From Mobula hypostoma (taxonomy: Eukaryota): a stretch of 64,000 nucleotides of DNA. How positions within the stretch are numbered: the first letter of the stretch is position 1; each line of letters opens with the position of its first letter. The notes below the pieces were generated by a model, which was given only the letters and a program-made list of their open reading frames with translations, did no database searches and had not been told where the DNA came from. Below are positions 49,341-63,365 of this stretch, in pieces. A program made the position numbers and the translations under genes. Where the stretch lies: assembly GCF_963921235.1 (NCBI RefSeq), contig NC_086107.1, positions 113,276,001 to 113,340,000 on the forward strand. Reading direction: 5' to 3'.

Positions 49341-51406
49341 TATCTCCACCCTGCCAACCGTAAGAAATAGAATGAGAATTAGGCTATTCAGCCCACTGAG
49401 TGCGCTCCACCATTCTATCATGGCTGATTTATTAATCCTCTCAATCTCACACTCCTACCTCCTCCTGGTAACCTTTGACGTCCTTATTAATTAAGACCTA
49501 TCAACCTCTGCTTGAAACTTTCAGTTGGTGCTGCCTTCAGGTGGTCGTGTGGTAGCGCCCTCTGGTGGTTACCCAGTGCTGCTCGGTGGAAGAACAGGCT
49601 GGACCAGGACAATATATATATTTTTATCTTTGTGACTGTTTTTCTGAAATCATAACCATATGTGCTATTTGTGCTGTGTGCTGTTGGTAAAGTATTTTGC
49701 ACCTTGACCCATGTGGAACTGTTTTGTTCGCCTATACTCATGTGGGGTTGAATGATAAGTAAACTTGAAATGAAATACATCCAATTAATCCACATCTGTC
49801 TGTGGCAATGAATTCCACAGATTCACCACCTTCTGGCTAAAGAAATTACTCCTCAACTCTGTTTGAAAGGGAAGTCTTTCTACTCTGAGGCTGTGCCCTC
49901 TGGTCCTAGACTCTCCCCCCTACAGGAAGCATCCTCTCCACATCCACTCTATCTCGGTCTTTCAATGTCCAATATATATCAATGAAATCCCCCCTCCTTC
50001 TTCTGAACAGTGAGTACAAGCCAGAGTCATGAAACACTCCTGAGATGTTAATGTCCACATAGTTGAAATGAATTAGCTGGTGGAATAGAAAGGGAGGCGG
50101 GTCATTCACTGTGCCTGGTTAAAGTGTCTTTCGTCCATAGGTATCCTGAGGCCTGACAGTGGCAATGATCTATTCCAGCATTTTCACTTTCTTGTAATCT
50201 CTAATCGGGGAATACATCTTAAAGTGAAGAGGCACAGTTAGTGTCTCACTGAACAGGATCAGAAAAAGTTGGGGACAGTTGTAAACTCAGCCAGCTCCAT
50301 CATGGGCACCAGCTCCCTAACATCCAGGACACCTTAAAAGGCCATGTCTCATAAAAGACGGCATTCATCACTAAGGACCCCCATCACCCAGGACATTCTC
50401 TCTTCTGAGGAGGGAAAGGAGGAGGTACAGGAGCCTGAAGACACCCACTCAGTGATTCAGGAACAGCTTCTTCCCCTCTGCCGTCCGATTTCTGACTGGA
50501 CGTTGAACCCATGATCACTACCTCACTGCTTTTCCTCTCCTTTTGCACTATTTAAAATTTTTTTTTATATACTTATTGTAATTTATAGATTTTATTATTA
50601 TGTATTGCATTGTGTACCTGCTGCAAAACAACACATTTCACGACATGTGCTGGTGATACGAGACCTGATTGAGTGCCAGCCTTCAGTCTGGGAAAGTTTT
50701 CATTGCAGCCGCAGTACTGGCCCAGAATCCTCCAGGGGCCGCCTGTGCACACTCTAACTTTTGATTAAGTTGGCTGTTAGCCTGCAAGGCCAGGTCGTTT
50801 CCCCTTCCTCCTGCGTGCGGAATAAAGTCCCTGGTATTTCAAACTGTTATCCTGCTTCATAAGTATTGCTTCCTCTGGAAGCAGTGAAACAGATTAACGG
50901 CGCCGCTGAAGGGTTTTGGCCCGAAACATCAACTGTACTCTTCCATAGATGCTGCCTGGCCTGCTGAGTCCCTCCAGCATTTGTGTTGCTTGGATTTCCA
51001 GCAACTGCAGATTTTATCTTGTTTGAGATGAACGGTGCGGATTCCTTTTTCTGTTAAAGCTTGCAATGAATCAGAACCATTTAATATCGCGGGCATATGT
51101 CGTGAGATATGTTGTTTTGCAGCAGCAGTACAATGCAAAGCTACTGTCTTCCTGCATTCACTGTTGCACCTTATTCTTGAATTGTTAATGTGTCGGAGCG
51201 AGTCAGTTTAAGTGCACGCGTCTTCTTCCTCTGTGCTCTTGTTACTGAGGGCAATATCCCACCAGCCTTGTTGAATATGCAGGGTTCCTTTAAAAGATCT
51301 CCGAAGTACAAGAGGCCACATTACCTTGCATCTGAATCAGGTTTATTATCCTGGAAGTTTGTCATGAAATGTGTTGTTTTGTGGCAGCAGAACAGTGCAA
51401 TACATC

Positions 51407-51705
51407 TGGTAGCGTAGTGGTTAGCACAACGCTTTAGTGTACTGGCGGCCGGGTTTCAATTCCCACCACTGCCTGTAAGGAGTTTGCACGTTCTTCCCGT
51501 GACCGCGTAGGGTTTCCACCCTCAGTCCAAAGGCCGACTGGTTGGAGTTTACACGTTCTTCCCGTGACCGCGTAGGGTTTCCACCCTCAGTCCAAAGACC
51601 TACTGGTTGGTAGGTGATTGGTCGGTTGCAAATTGTCCCATTATTAGGCTAGGGTTAAACTGGGTGATTGCTGGGTTGTGGGCCTACTCTGTATCTAATA
51701 ATAAA
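51407..51705 (+). mobile_element. tRNA-derived V-domain/HE1-type SINE (representative; relatives at ~6828, 8390, 24480, 25880, 26995, 35125, 40290, 46320, 59340)
   Basis: A box TAGCGTAGTGG, B box-like GTTTCAATTCC, central segment gtttcc..cagtccaaaga shared across copies. This copy has an internal ~66-bp tandem duplication. Confidence 0.7.
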
Positions 51706-54700
51706 ATGAATACATAGTGCAAAGACAGCAAAATAATGAGTTATAAATACAAGACATTCTACAAATGTTGGAAATCCACACAAACACACACAGGCAGCAT
51801 CTGTGGAGGGGAATGAACAGTCAATAGTTAGGTTCAAGAAGGCAGCTCGTCACCACCTTCTCAAAGACAACTAGGGATGGGCGATAAATGCTGGCTTAGC
51901 TGACAATGCCCACATCCTGTAAATAAATACATTTAAAAACACAAAAAATATACTTTAGGCCAAGATCTTTCTCCCAAAGCAAGGATTCATTTCCACAGAT
52001 GCTTCCTGAGTTCCTCTGGCATTGTGTTTGTGTGTGTGTGGGTGTTGCTCTGCAGAACAGTGAGGTACTGTAGTGTTGATGACACCCTCTGCCTTCCTGT
52101 TAGATCCCACTATCTGCAGCCCTTTGGTAACCACGACGCCACCAGATGTATTGCATTGTACTGCTGCCACAAAACAGCACATTTCATGACAAACACCATC
52201 TCCCTCCATCCTTCTCCCACCTGGCTCGATCTGCCCACCAACCCCAACTCCCTACTGGATATGCCTCACCCCTCCCTTGTGTCTCTTTGCATTGGCTGTC
52301 TCCCCTCTCTGCTCTCAGGCCTAATCAGGGTCTCAACGCAAAACGTTGGTCAGTCATTCCCTTTCCTCCACAGGTGCTGCCTGACCCGCTCAGTTCCTCA
52401 GAGATTTTTGTTTGGCCCGCATGTTTCCTAATTAAAGTTTAATTATCATTCAACCAGACATGAATGTAGCCAAACAAAATGGCGTTCCTTCATGGCCAAG
52501 GTGCAAAACGCATTACCAACAGCAAACAGCACACTGCACATAATAAATAGCACGTATGGTTATGATTTTCAGAGAAAAGAAAAAAACTAGCTAACTGAAG
52601 TCCCTGAGTGGCATGACTGTAGATTGTTCTGGTCCAGCTTGTTCTTCCACTGAGCAAACACTGGAGGGCAGCATCGACAAGCAAGGCCAACCCCCAACCC
52701 CTACAGATTCCAGCACCCCCAGATGAGGCTCCTGGCAGTACTTCATTGCTGGGATCATATCCTGGGGCTTTGAAAGGTGCAGTAGAATTTCAAGTTGTTA
52801 TCATGTCGCCGAACAGATTGGCAATGTTTCTTTTGGTCAGCCATACTCACCATAGCAATGTTCTATGGGCTGTCCATCTGCAGTTTGTACTAATACTCAG
52901 CCTTTGCTGTACCTGTCCTTGTAATGAGCTGTTTGGACTAGAGAGCATTGGGTTCCGAGGTCTCCAGAGCACTTGAATTTGTTCCTTGCTGCTTTAACGT
53001 GAGTTGTTATTTTGTTTAATGCAAGTCATTAATTCTGTGCTTTCTGTTTAACCTTGTTGAATTTATTTTGACTGGCAAGGGTTTTCCGCATTCTGTGATT
53101 ATTTAAGCAGACACCCGATTGGCGCTTATCGCGGGGTCCGACCTTTGAGAAGGTTTCATCTCACCATGTCGCTCGGCCGAACCGCTGATGTTTTGTTGGA
53201 ACTCTTATAAACAAACCCTTGTCGCCATCTCTACCTGGGCGTCTGTCTTGTGTTCTGTCATTGCCAGCGCACACTGTGAGCATGTCCCATTTAAATAAAC
53301 CACCATCTGGGAACAACTTCAGTTAAAGTTTAACCAGAAGCGCGCTATGCTTTCAGAACAGCAAACAAGGATGCGGTAGTCATCCAGATAACGTTTGCCT
53401 CAGGGAATAGGTGGTTTGGTCTGGCAGGACAATCGAGAAATCTGTGTATTGTAATTGCACCCCGTCATTACCCCTGCGCTGATAGTGTGAGCAGGTCGTG
53501 AGATGTCTGGAATATTTGGTTCAGTGTCGTGTTACCTCACTGTATCAGTTTTTAAATTTAATTTTAGTTTAGTTAGAGATACAGCACAGCACCACGTTCT
53601 CCCGGCCCAACAAGCCTGCACCACCTAACTACACTCATGTGTCCAAATTAACCTCGGAACCCATACGTCTTTGGAACATGGCCAACCTGGTCCTCTTGAT
53701 CAGGGCTGGTTATGGTGCCTGTGGCTCTGATGAGAGAAAGGATCTTTCTTTTGTTGAGGGGCTCAGCAAGCAATCATCTCGATGACGGCATTCCTCCGAA
53801 AACCTTCCGAGCAAAGCCAACTTCAGGCAAAGCACCCAACTTGCAAAAGTTCGGAAATATCAATGCAAGCAAAACAGATTCAACATCAAAATGTTCTTTT
53901 TGTTCATCTTAAACAGAGGGCCAAGAAAATTGCATTTTAACTCACTGTACTCTGTGCCAAAAAAAACTCTCCAACTTCTCTCAGGAAAATATCAGTGTAC
54001 TCCTTCCTCTACTGACAATCCCTCACCCAGTGTTTCCTCCCTCCACTATTTCTTCTTTCCAGCTTCACCCTGTGCCCCCGTGGTAGCATTAACCACTTTC
54101 ACAAAGAGTGCTTTCTGTCCCTGTAAACAGTGTAACTACAGAACAAAATTCCAGGGCTGTTTCAAATCATGTCTCTCAGAATAGCTCGAGATGATTCTGA
54201 ACTTTCTCAGTACCATTTTGTTTTCGAACTTTTAAACCAATGTGGAGCTTTAGAGATCAGTGGAAGGATCTGAAATGCTGGGGCCTGTCCTCCTACGGTC
54301 CCCAGCATCAACGACCCTCACCATTATGGTCCCTTCTCACTGCTGCCATCAGGAAGAAGGTACATGAGTCTCACGGCCCACACCACCAAGTTCAGGAACA
54401 GTTATCACCCCTCAACCATCAGGCTCTTGAACCAGAGGAGGTAACTTCACTCACCCCATCACTGAACTACTCCCACAACCCACGGACTTACTCTCAAGGA
54501 CTCTTCATCTTATGTTCTCGATAATTATTATTATAATAATTACTCATTATTATTATTATTATTTCTTTATTTTTGTATTTGCAGAGTTTGTTGTCTGAAT
54601 CAACGCCCATATTGGTGCAGTCTTTCATTGATTGCATTTTGTTTCCCATATCTACTGTGAATGCCTGCAAGCATACGAATCACAGGGTTGTATATGGTGC

Positions 54701-55688
54701 GATCTTTGCACTTTAATATTAAATTTGCCTTGAACTTTGATTTAACGGAGATATAAAAGAGAATTGATTTATGACCTTCCAAAGGCAATATCAGATGGGA
54801 CAAATTTAAAGTCAATTGACAAAAGATGCAGAGGAAAGATGGGAGAAGTTTCAGGCAGTGATCTGGGATAGCTGCTGAAAGGACTGTAGAAGTAGATTTA
54901 ACAGGGACTTTCAAAGGGAGAGAGGTGGGGGGGTGGGGGTTTGAAACCTTTGGGTGTGTGGGGATAAATAGTGGATATTCCAAACTTCCAGTTTTGGTTC
55001 AATGGGAAGAATGGCCTCAGTTTCTACAGTTGGAATGAAAGGTGCCTCGGTGGCGACAGTCTACTTAGGGGTCAATATGCCGTGTCGTTAGAGGCCGCAG
55101 TTAAACTCCCTGAACCTCCCCGGGGGAACAGTGCAGGAAGTGCCTTTTACAGCCTCCTGATGTCCCGAAGCCCACTCAAGGCAAGGACACCCTTCTTGAA
55201 GAGGAGTAGTGAGCCATGGGGACAAAATGTTTCTGTGCACAGCAAGATCTCATACTGAGCACGCAATCCTGGTGGGGGTGGGGGTGGGGAGGGGGGCAAT
55301 TTGAAAAATCCAACATTGATTGCAGTTGAATGTTGCTAGTGTGATGTGGGGGGTGTGTAGCAGGTAACAAAACAAAGCTGGGGAGAAACAAATTGGAAAT
55401 GAGTCAGTCGGGATTGGATCAATGCCCCTAACCTTCCACTCTCCACCCTCCCAGTCTGTTTATGAGCAGGTGACAGAGATGGCGTCCAGTGCCCTGGGTA
55501 TTGATGGGTCTAGGAAGTGGTGGTAACCAATTCTAACATTATCTTGGTTGGCTTTTGAATCCCTTGGTTCCTAAAATTCTTTACCCAGAACTGCACAAAC
55601 CTCCCAAAAATACAGATGGAGAAATTTCTACAAAAGGTCCCAACTCCTGCCTTATCGGCCTGATAGAGTATTTACAAAAGTCACACTG

Positions 55689-55850
55689 GGCATCCCATGC
55701 TGATGTCATCAAAAGGTGCAGAGTACTGGCCTTCTTATGCTGACATCATCAAAAAAGGTCAGAAGCCTTGATCATCCTGTGCTGACATAATCAAAAAGGT
55801 GCTGAGCTTTGACCTTCTCATGCTGACATCGTCAAAAGCTGCTGAGTGTT
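55689..55850. repeat. Degenerate ~40-bp tandem repeat x4 with conserved core tgctgacatcatcaaaa, just past the protease stop codon
   Basis: Four cores visible at ~55698, 55738, 55780 and 55821. Confidence 0.75.
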
Positions 55851-55931
55851 GTGGTGCGTTCAAGATGGTCCCTGTGACATCACCACTGATGGTCAGCCTC
55901 CCACACCTGGTGCACGAGCGGTCTGCTTTGG

Positions 55932-56126
<195 letters not shown>

Positions 56127-59100
56127 CTACTGCTGGCGGGGCGGGGTGGGGTTGTAGGCGGCTGGGGTGGATGGCCTGTACGGAAGAACACAAGAACATA
56201 AGAAATGGGAGCAGGAGTCGGCCGTCTGGCCCGTCGAGCCTGCTCCACCATTCAACAAGATCATGGCTGATCTGGCCATGGACTCACCTCAACCTGCTGC
56301 CTTTCCCCCATAACCTTTAATTCCCCTACTATGCAAAAATCTGTCCAACCTTCTCTTGAATATATTTACTGAGGTGGCCTCCATTGCTTCATTGGGCAGA
56401 GAATTCCAGGTTCGCCACTCTCTGGGAAAAGCAGTTCCTCCTCATCTCTGTCCTAAATCTACTCCCCCAAATCTTGAGGCTATGTCCCCTAGTTCTAACC
56501 TACCAGTGGAAACAACTTCCCTGCCTCTATCTGTCCCTTCCATAATTTTATATGTTTCTATAAGATCTCCTTTCATTCTTCTGAATTCTGGCAGGTACAG
56601 TCCCAGGTGACTCAATCCCTCCTCATAGTCTGACCCCCCTCATCTCTGGAATCAGCCTGGTGAACCTCCTCTGCACCACCTCCAAAGCCAGTATATCCTT
56701 CCTCAAGTAAGGAGACCAGAACTGCACACAGTACTCCAGGTGCGACCTCACCAGTACCCTGTATAGTTGTAGTTGTGCTACTGCCTCTGGTACCTCACCA
56801 TTCCCTCACCTTTTACCTTTCTATCACCTGGATGCACGAGGCTGGCGTGGCCCCGCAGCCTCATGAGCACTTGGAGAGCTCGCTGCCTTGATTGTGATAT
56901 GGTGGCGTGGTCTCCGTCCCCTCCTGCACTCACTGACTCCAATCCCCCAACACAGACGCACAAGTCCAATGGAGAACTGAGGGAGCATCGCACCCCGCCC
57001 CCCACACCCCCACGCCTCACTGAGGGAGCAGCCTAGGCCCACACACCTGGCCCACTTACTGAGGAAAACTGCATTCTTTTGTCCCTTAAGGACAGTGATG
57101 GAGCATTTCACTGTGTACTTTAGCAAAGCCCGTGTCTCCCAGCCGCCCAGACAGCAGAACCTACAACCCGGCGCTCTGCTCGCCTGGGATCTTGCTGTGC
57201 ACGCATCTGCATTCACGCCGCCCATGTTACAGTGACAGCCCCGCGGATGCAGCTCGCCGACCGCCCGCAGAGCGGGGTGGTCCCCTGAGGCCGTAGTCTC
57301 CACAGTAATAGAGGCAGGGTCTGCCCTTCCTGTAGCAGGTGGCCAACCCTGGCTGTACCTCCACATGTGGGCTCAGCCAAGGAGGACAGGACTTTCACCA
57401 CAGGCCCCATCACCTGGTTGATGCCGTGACTCCAGAAAGGAGCCACAGTCCTCTCTACTCACAGTCCGCCATTCATTAATACACCAGGGCCCCTTGTCGG
57501 TCTGACTAAGTCAAAAGAAGCAGCCTTAGGAACTACTCTAGGGCAGGGTTCGCAATCATTTTTATGCCATGGACCCTTACCATTAATCGAGGGTCTGTCG
57601 TCCCCAGGTTGAGATTCTCTGCTCTAAAGTCGAACGGTGCCAGAGCACAGAAACAGGCTCTTTGGCCCATTTAGTTCGTGCCTGCCTGGCCTTCTGCCTA
57701 TTCCCATCTACCTGTACCCACAGGCCTCCATCTCTCATCCATCCACCTACCCAACTTCTCCTAAACATCTGCAAATTTGCTGATCAGTGTCTCTAGAAGC
57801 AGGTGCAATGCCCAATTTATACTTCTACGTCAAATGCACACCGTAAGTCCCGCGTACCCTACGCCGCAGGGTGACGTGCACCTCCCCAAAAGTGTAACTC
57901 ACGCATCGCGGCGAAGCAGACCACAACAACTGCGATTGGTCCGCTTGGTAGCATCGCATTTCTGGTTGCTTTTGTCCGCCATGTCTGTACACTGATGCGA
58001 AATGAATGGTTGGAGACAATGAACCAAATTGTCAAATCTACCTGCCTATATCTGAAAATATTTGAAATGCATTTCCTCGTCCATGTCTCTCACAAAGAAA
58101 CTCAACACAGTGGCATAGAAACCCCACCACCAACTAGTGTTGTGGCGGTGAATTGCAGAGCAACGCAGACACAACAACGCATGCTTGCTACGGCGTAGGG
58201 CTACGCATTAGTATAAATCAGGCCTACGGCGTAGCCCGTACGCACAGGCTTAAGAGGGTTGTCGTTGTACCGTCAGAGGTTGGAGGAGTGAAGGGTGGGG
58301 GCAGGGCATCAGGCTGCACTGAACCGGTGACAAAAGAAAGACCGTCCACATCACCGAAACGGAAGGAAAATACAATATACAAAAGCCTGCAGAGGACAGA
58401 AACCTGAAATCAAGACAGAGATGTTGGAAACACTGATCAGACCGGGCAGCATCTGTGGGAGAGAATCAGAGTCCACATCTCAGTTTGTAGAGACTCGGAA
58501 AGATGGGGGGTGGGGGGTAGAAAGTTTTTCGAGCTTGGCCTGTACCTTTGGGTTCAAGGTCTCTGTGTCCTATAGGTCGTCCTATCTGAAGAAGCTTTAG
58601 GAAGCCACGGTGAATGGAAAAAGTATAAAACTGTTTGGGGTCTGATGCTCTTGTTTCTATGTGGGTGATGTTAGTTTTTGTGTATGAGAGAGGGCGTTGG
58701 GGGCTTGATGCTATTGTTGCTGTTCTTTTTCGCAAGGGAGGGGCGTTAGGGTTTGATGTTATTGTCGCTTTTATTGAGAGGGAGGGGGTTTGGGGTTTGA
58801 TGTTCCAGTCACTGTTTTCCGTGTGGGCGACCTGTTAGTTTTTGTGTGAGGGAAGCGTTGGGGGGGGGGTGGGGGCGGGTTTGAGGTTTGATGTTCTAGC
58901 TGCCATTTTCCATGTGGGTTTGGGGTTTGCGAGTTTTGTTTCTTTTTCTTTTTCATGGGGGAGTTGATGATTTTTCTCTCAACAACCCCCATGGCTTTTC
59001 TGTATTTCACGGCTATCTGGAGAAGGCAAATATCAGGGTTGGATTGCACAGGCATACTTTGACAATGAAATGAACCTCTGGACCTTCAATCACCGCCAAT

Positions 59101-60962
59101 TTGCTCTCATCGTCGGTGGCCCAGTGGGCAAAGTGCAGAGAAATCGGAGAGATGTGTTCAGATTCAGGACTGCGAGTTCTGTTCAAGTTCAGTCCTGGTA
59201 CAGGAGACGAGAATGGGCAGTGGACACAGGTCATAACACTGGAGGCAGGGGTGGAACGGGTGAAGGTGCAGACTGGGGGATTCTGGAGAGGCTGAGAATG
59301 GCCAGAGGCTATTTATTTGCGAGGGAGGGGGTTCGGGCACAGAGCAGACCCTCTCACCCAATGATCCTTGTTGCCCTATTTAACCCTCCGAATCACAGGA
59401 CAATTTACAATGACCAATTAACCTACTGTCTTTGGATTGTGGGAGGAAACCAGAGCACCTGGAGAAAACCCACACACACACGGGGAGAACATACAAAGTT
59501 TCTTACAGAGGGCGCCAGAATTGGAGTCTGAACTCCGACGCCCTGAGCTGTAATAGCTACGCTACCGCGGCGACCCATGATTACCGTGGTCATGGAGTTG
59601 GGGTTCTGAGCCATTGGCACAGAAGGGAGCAGGGTTGAGTAGCGTTGAGGGTGGGGTGAGATCAAGTTGGACGGGGAGGAGTTCAGAGAGATTATTGTGT
59701 CCTGGCGGGAAGAGGAGAGAACCAGCAGCACCTAGCCAAGGAGTCAAACCTCTTGAGAGGCAAACGGGGGGGGGGGATTGTAGGAGGTGGAGATGCAAAG
59801 AGGATGGAAATATAAGGGGGTAATAGGGGGCAGTCGGCTGCATCAGGTCAGAGGTCGGGAGGTCGCGGGTCGGCGGTTGCTTCCTACAGAAGGACAAAGT
59901 TCGAGTTGTTGCTTTCCACGATGCTGAGAAGAAAATTCCGAAATTCCGAGACCTATGTGATGATTGGTGTGGACGATACTTTATATTGGTCTCTTTCTGT
60001 GTTTTCTGTTTTGCTGCTGATCGGCGGGTGCGCGATACGTTACTTCTTTTGGGCAAGGGAGAGGTTGGGGATTTGGGGTCTGATATTCTTGTTCATGTCT
60101 GTCCATGTGAGTCATCTGTTAGTTTTTGTTGGGGGGGAAGAGGTTGAGAGTTTAAGGGTTTGATGTTTCAGCTGCTGTATCCATGTCTGGGTGGGAGATC
60201 TGTTAGTTTTTGTGTGAGGGAGAGGTTGGGAGGGGGAGTTGATTTAGGGGTTTGATGTTAACTGCCATGTCTGTGTCTGGGTGGGAGATCTGTTAGATCT
60301 TGTGTGCAAAGGTTGAATAGGTTAGGACTTTATCCCCTGGAGCGTAGAAGAATGAGGGGAGATTTGATAGAGGTATATAAAATTATGATGGGTATAGATA
60401 GAGTGAATGCAAGCAGGCTTTTTCCACTGAGGCAAGGGGAGAAAAGACCCAGAGGACATAGGTTAAGGGTGAAGGGGGAAAAGTTTAAAGGGAACATTGG
60501 GGGGGGGCTTCTTCACACAGAGATGGTGGGAGTATGGAATGAGCTGCCAGATGAAGTGGTAAATGCGGGCTCACTTTTAACATTTAAAAACTTGGACAGG
60601 TACATGGATGAGAGGTGTATGGAAGGATATGGTCCAGGTGCAGGTCAGTGGGACGAGGCAGAAAAATGGTTTGGCACAGCCAAGAAGGGCCAAAGGGCCT
60701 GTTTCTGTGCTGTGATGTTCTATGGTTCTACGAGGGATTGGGAGGGTGGAGTTTGCAAGCATTTTCTTTTTATTTTGTTTTTCTGTATTTCACAGCTACC
60801 TGGAGAAGATGAATTTCAGAGTTGTATTCTGCATACATAACTTTGATAATAAAATAGACCTTTGACCTTTTGAACAAGATGGGCTCTAGTCCAAGGCACA
60901 CAGCCAGTGAGGAACCTTAGTTACATCGTCTTGGCAATTAGGATTCTGGATAAAGATTGTAC

Positions 60963-61099
60963 CTGGCAGGAGTCCTTCTTGCCCTCTGGGTAACCAGCAC
61001 ATATCATCTGGGGCGTGATGGAGTAGGAGTACGCTTCATTACAAACTGACTGATCCACCAGTTTCACGTCCACTTTCTGAAGAACATCTTCTACTGGAC
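60963..61099 (-). CDS. TMPRSS6: Matriptase-2-like protease, penultimate exon (137 nt, phase 1-0): (G)PVEDVLQKVDVKLVDQSVCNEAYSYSITPQMICAGYPEGKKDSCQ
   Basis: Acceptor ttctttcctttcag|, donor CCAG|gtacaa; splices in frame to GDSGGP. LQKVDV..Y.Y..TP.M.CAGY..GKKD.CQ is TMPRSS6-like; Asp189 indicates trypsin-like specificity. Confidence 0.9.
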
Positions 61100-62929
61100 C
61101 TGAAAGGAAAGAACCACTGGTTTCTCCTGGTTTCTTTGGCTTGTTTCATCCTGTGCAGCCTCCTGTGTCTCTGGGATGTGGCCAGAAACACAGGGCGGCC
61201 AGTCTCACTCACACACACACAGGTACAATCGCACGCAGAGTTACCAGGTCATTTCTACATCAACTGAACCTGAATCTACCCCTTTGTTGTTGGGTTTGGA
61301 GGCTTGTGTGCCTCAATGACCCGGAGAGCTACGTTCACTGGAGTCAGGGCTTTGTGCTTTGGCTCTTGGTAGGGTCATCCATGCCAAACCGGTCAAAGAG
61401 TAGAGGCCAGACTAAGAGTAGTTTACCGGTCCTCCGGGTTCGGGGGTTCAGCTCAGGGGTAACAACCCTGACTGGTAAAACAAGACAGTTATGGAGACAG
61501 CAATGAAGAATCCTTCTACATCTGAGTGTGACAGTATTCCTGAGTCTCCACCTGGGACTTGCATGAGTGACAGTAGTAAAAACTGAGAGGAAGCTACAGA
61601 CACGGTGAAGAAAGCCCTGAACATCATGGGAGTTGGAGGACCTTCATTGCTGCCCTGTACACCAGCAGTGTAATGGCCAGTAAGTCACCACTTCCACTGG
61701 CAGCTCATTCCACACTCTCATGCCCCTCTGAGCAAAGAAGTTCCTCCTCATGTTCCCCTTAAATATTTCATCTTTCATCCTAAAACCATCTTAAAACATT
61801 CTAGTCTCACCCAACCTCAGAGGAAAAAGCTCCATGTATTTACTCGATCTACGTCCCTCTTAATGTTGCATACCTCTATAACATCTCCCCTCATTCTCTG
61901 ACGCTCTAGGTAATAGTCCTAATCTATTCAACCTTTCTTTCAAGTCCCAGCAACACCCTTGTCAGTTTTTTCTGTACCCTTTCAAGCCCATTGATATCTT
62001 TCCTGTAGGTAGGTGACCAGAACTGTGTACAATACTCCAAATTATGGTGTATCATTGTCTTACACAACTTCAACATAACATCCCAACACCCATACTCTTC
62101 ATCTCTCCACACTCTCTTAGTCTGGGTTCTTCGCCCTTCCTTTTCAGTCCTGATGAAGGGTCTCTGCCCTGAAATGTCGACTCTTTATTCACTTCCATAG
62201 ATGCCGCCTGACGTACTGAGTTCGTCCAGCATTTTGTGTGTGTTACCTTTACTCAGCGCCCTGATTAATAAACTCCAACGTGCCAAAAGTTCTCTTTACA
62301 ACCATGTCTCCTGTGATGCCACGTTGAAAACATTATTTCCTTCTCCGAAACTACTTCCCTTTCTCCCATTGTCCACTCTCCTCTCCAATCAGACTCCTTC
62401 TTCTTCAGCCCTTTATCCTTTTTCCACCAATCACCTCCCAGTTTCTCATGTCATCCTCACTTCCCCTACCCTCCTGGCTTCTCCAGTGTGTACACCTCCT
62501 CCTCCTCCCCCTCACCTCCTCCTTCCCCTCACCTCATCTCCTCCTCTGGCTTCTTCACCCTTCCTTTGAGGTCCCATTGGAGAGTCTCGGCCCACTCACC
62601 CTTCATTCCTCTCCCTAGAGGCTGCCTGACCTGCTGAGCTCCTCCGGCATTTTGTGGGTGTTGCTCCGGATTTCCAGAGGAATTGCAGATCTGTTTCCCA
62701 GATCCCTTTGTGGTACTACACATCCGTTGTCAGGGAGAAACGTGAAAACTCCACTGAGGCAGCATCAGAGGTCAGGACTGAACCTGGGTCACTGGTGCTG
62801 TGGGGTGTCACCCTTACCAGCACCGCCCCGCCGTGATGCGTCAGCTGGCAGCTCTCTCTCTCTACATATGTTCACTCCTTCTCTCTTTCCCTCTTTCCCC
62901 CTCTCTGTCTGGTAATCACACCTATGAGA

Positions 62930-63365
62930 GCAACACGCACAAAATGCTGGAGGAGCTCAGCAGGTCAGGCAGCACCAGTGGAAATGAATCAACAGTCAAC
63001 GGTTCAGGCTGGGCTCTTCATCAGGACTGAAAAGAAAGGGGGTAGGTGGCAGAATGAAAAGGTGGGGAGCGGGGAAGAAGACAGGTGAAGTCAGGTGGTT
63101 GTGAAAGGCAAAGGGCTGGAGAGGAAGGCATATAATAGGCGAGGAGGAGAAAGGGAAGGAGGATGGGGCACCTGGGGAGGTGATAGGCAGATGAGGAGAA
63201 GAAGTAAGAGGCCAGAGTGGGGAATAGAAGAAGAGGGGAGGTGAAGAAAAAATTCGGAAGGAGAAGTCAATGTTCATGCCATCAGGTTGGAGGCTGCCCA
63301 GACAGAATATAAGGTGTTGCTCCTCCACCCTGAGAGAGGCTTCATTGTTGGACTGGGAATTGGCC
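62930..63365 (-). mobile_element. Decayed Penelope-like 3' end
   Basis: EASLRVEEQHLIFCLGSLQPDGMNIDFS (GIY-YIG C-terminus) followed by a decayed hammerhead motif. Confidence 0.75.

Noticed and set aside
52940..54240. Long, mostly unique stretch checked for DRD4, KCTD17 or other coding exons
   Set aside because: No recognisable coding motif with matching splice sites; it may be regulatory, but I cannot support a call.
55689..55850. Repeat-spacer pattern resembling CRISPR
   Set aside because: The linkers are related to each other and the repeats are degenerate, which fits a minisatellite.
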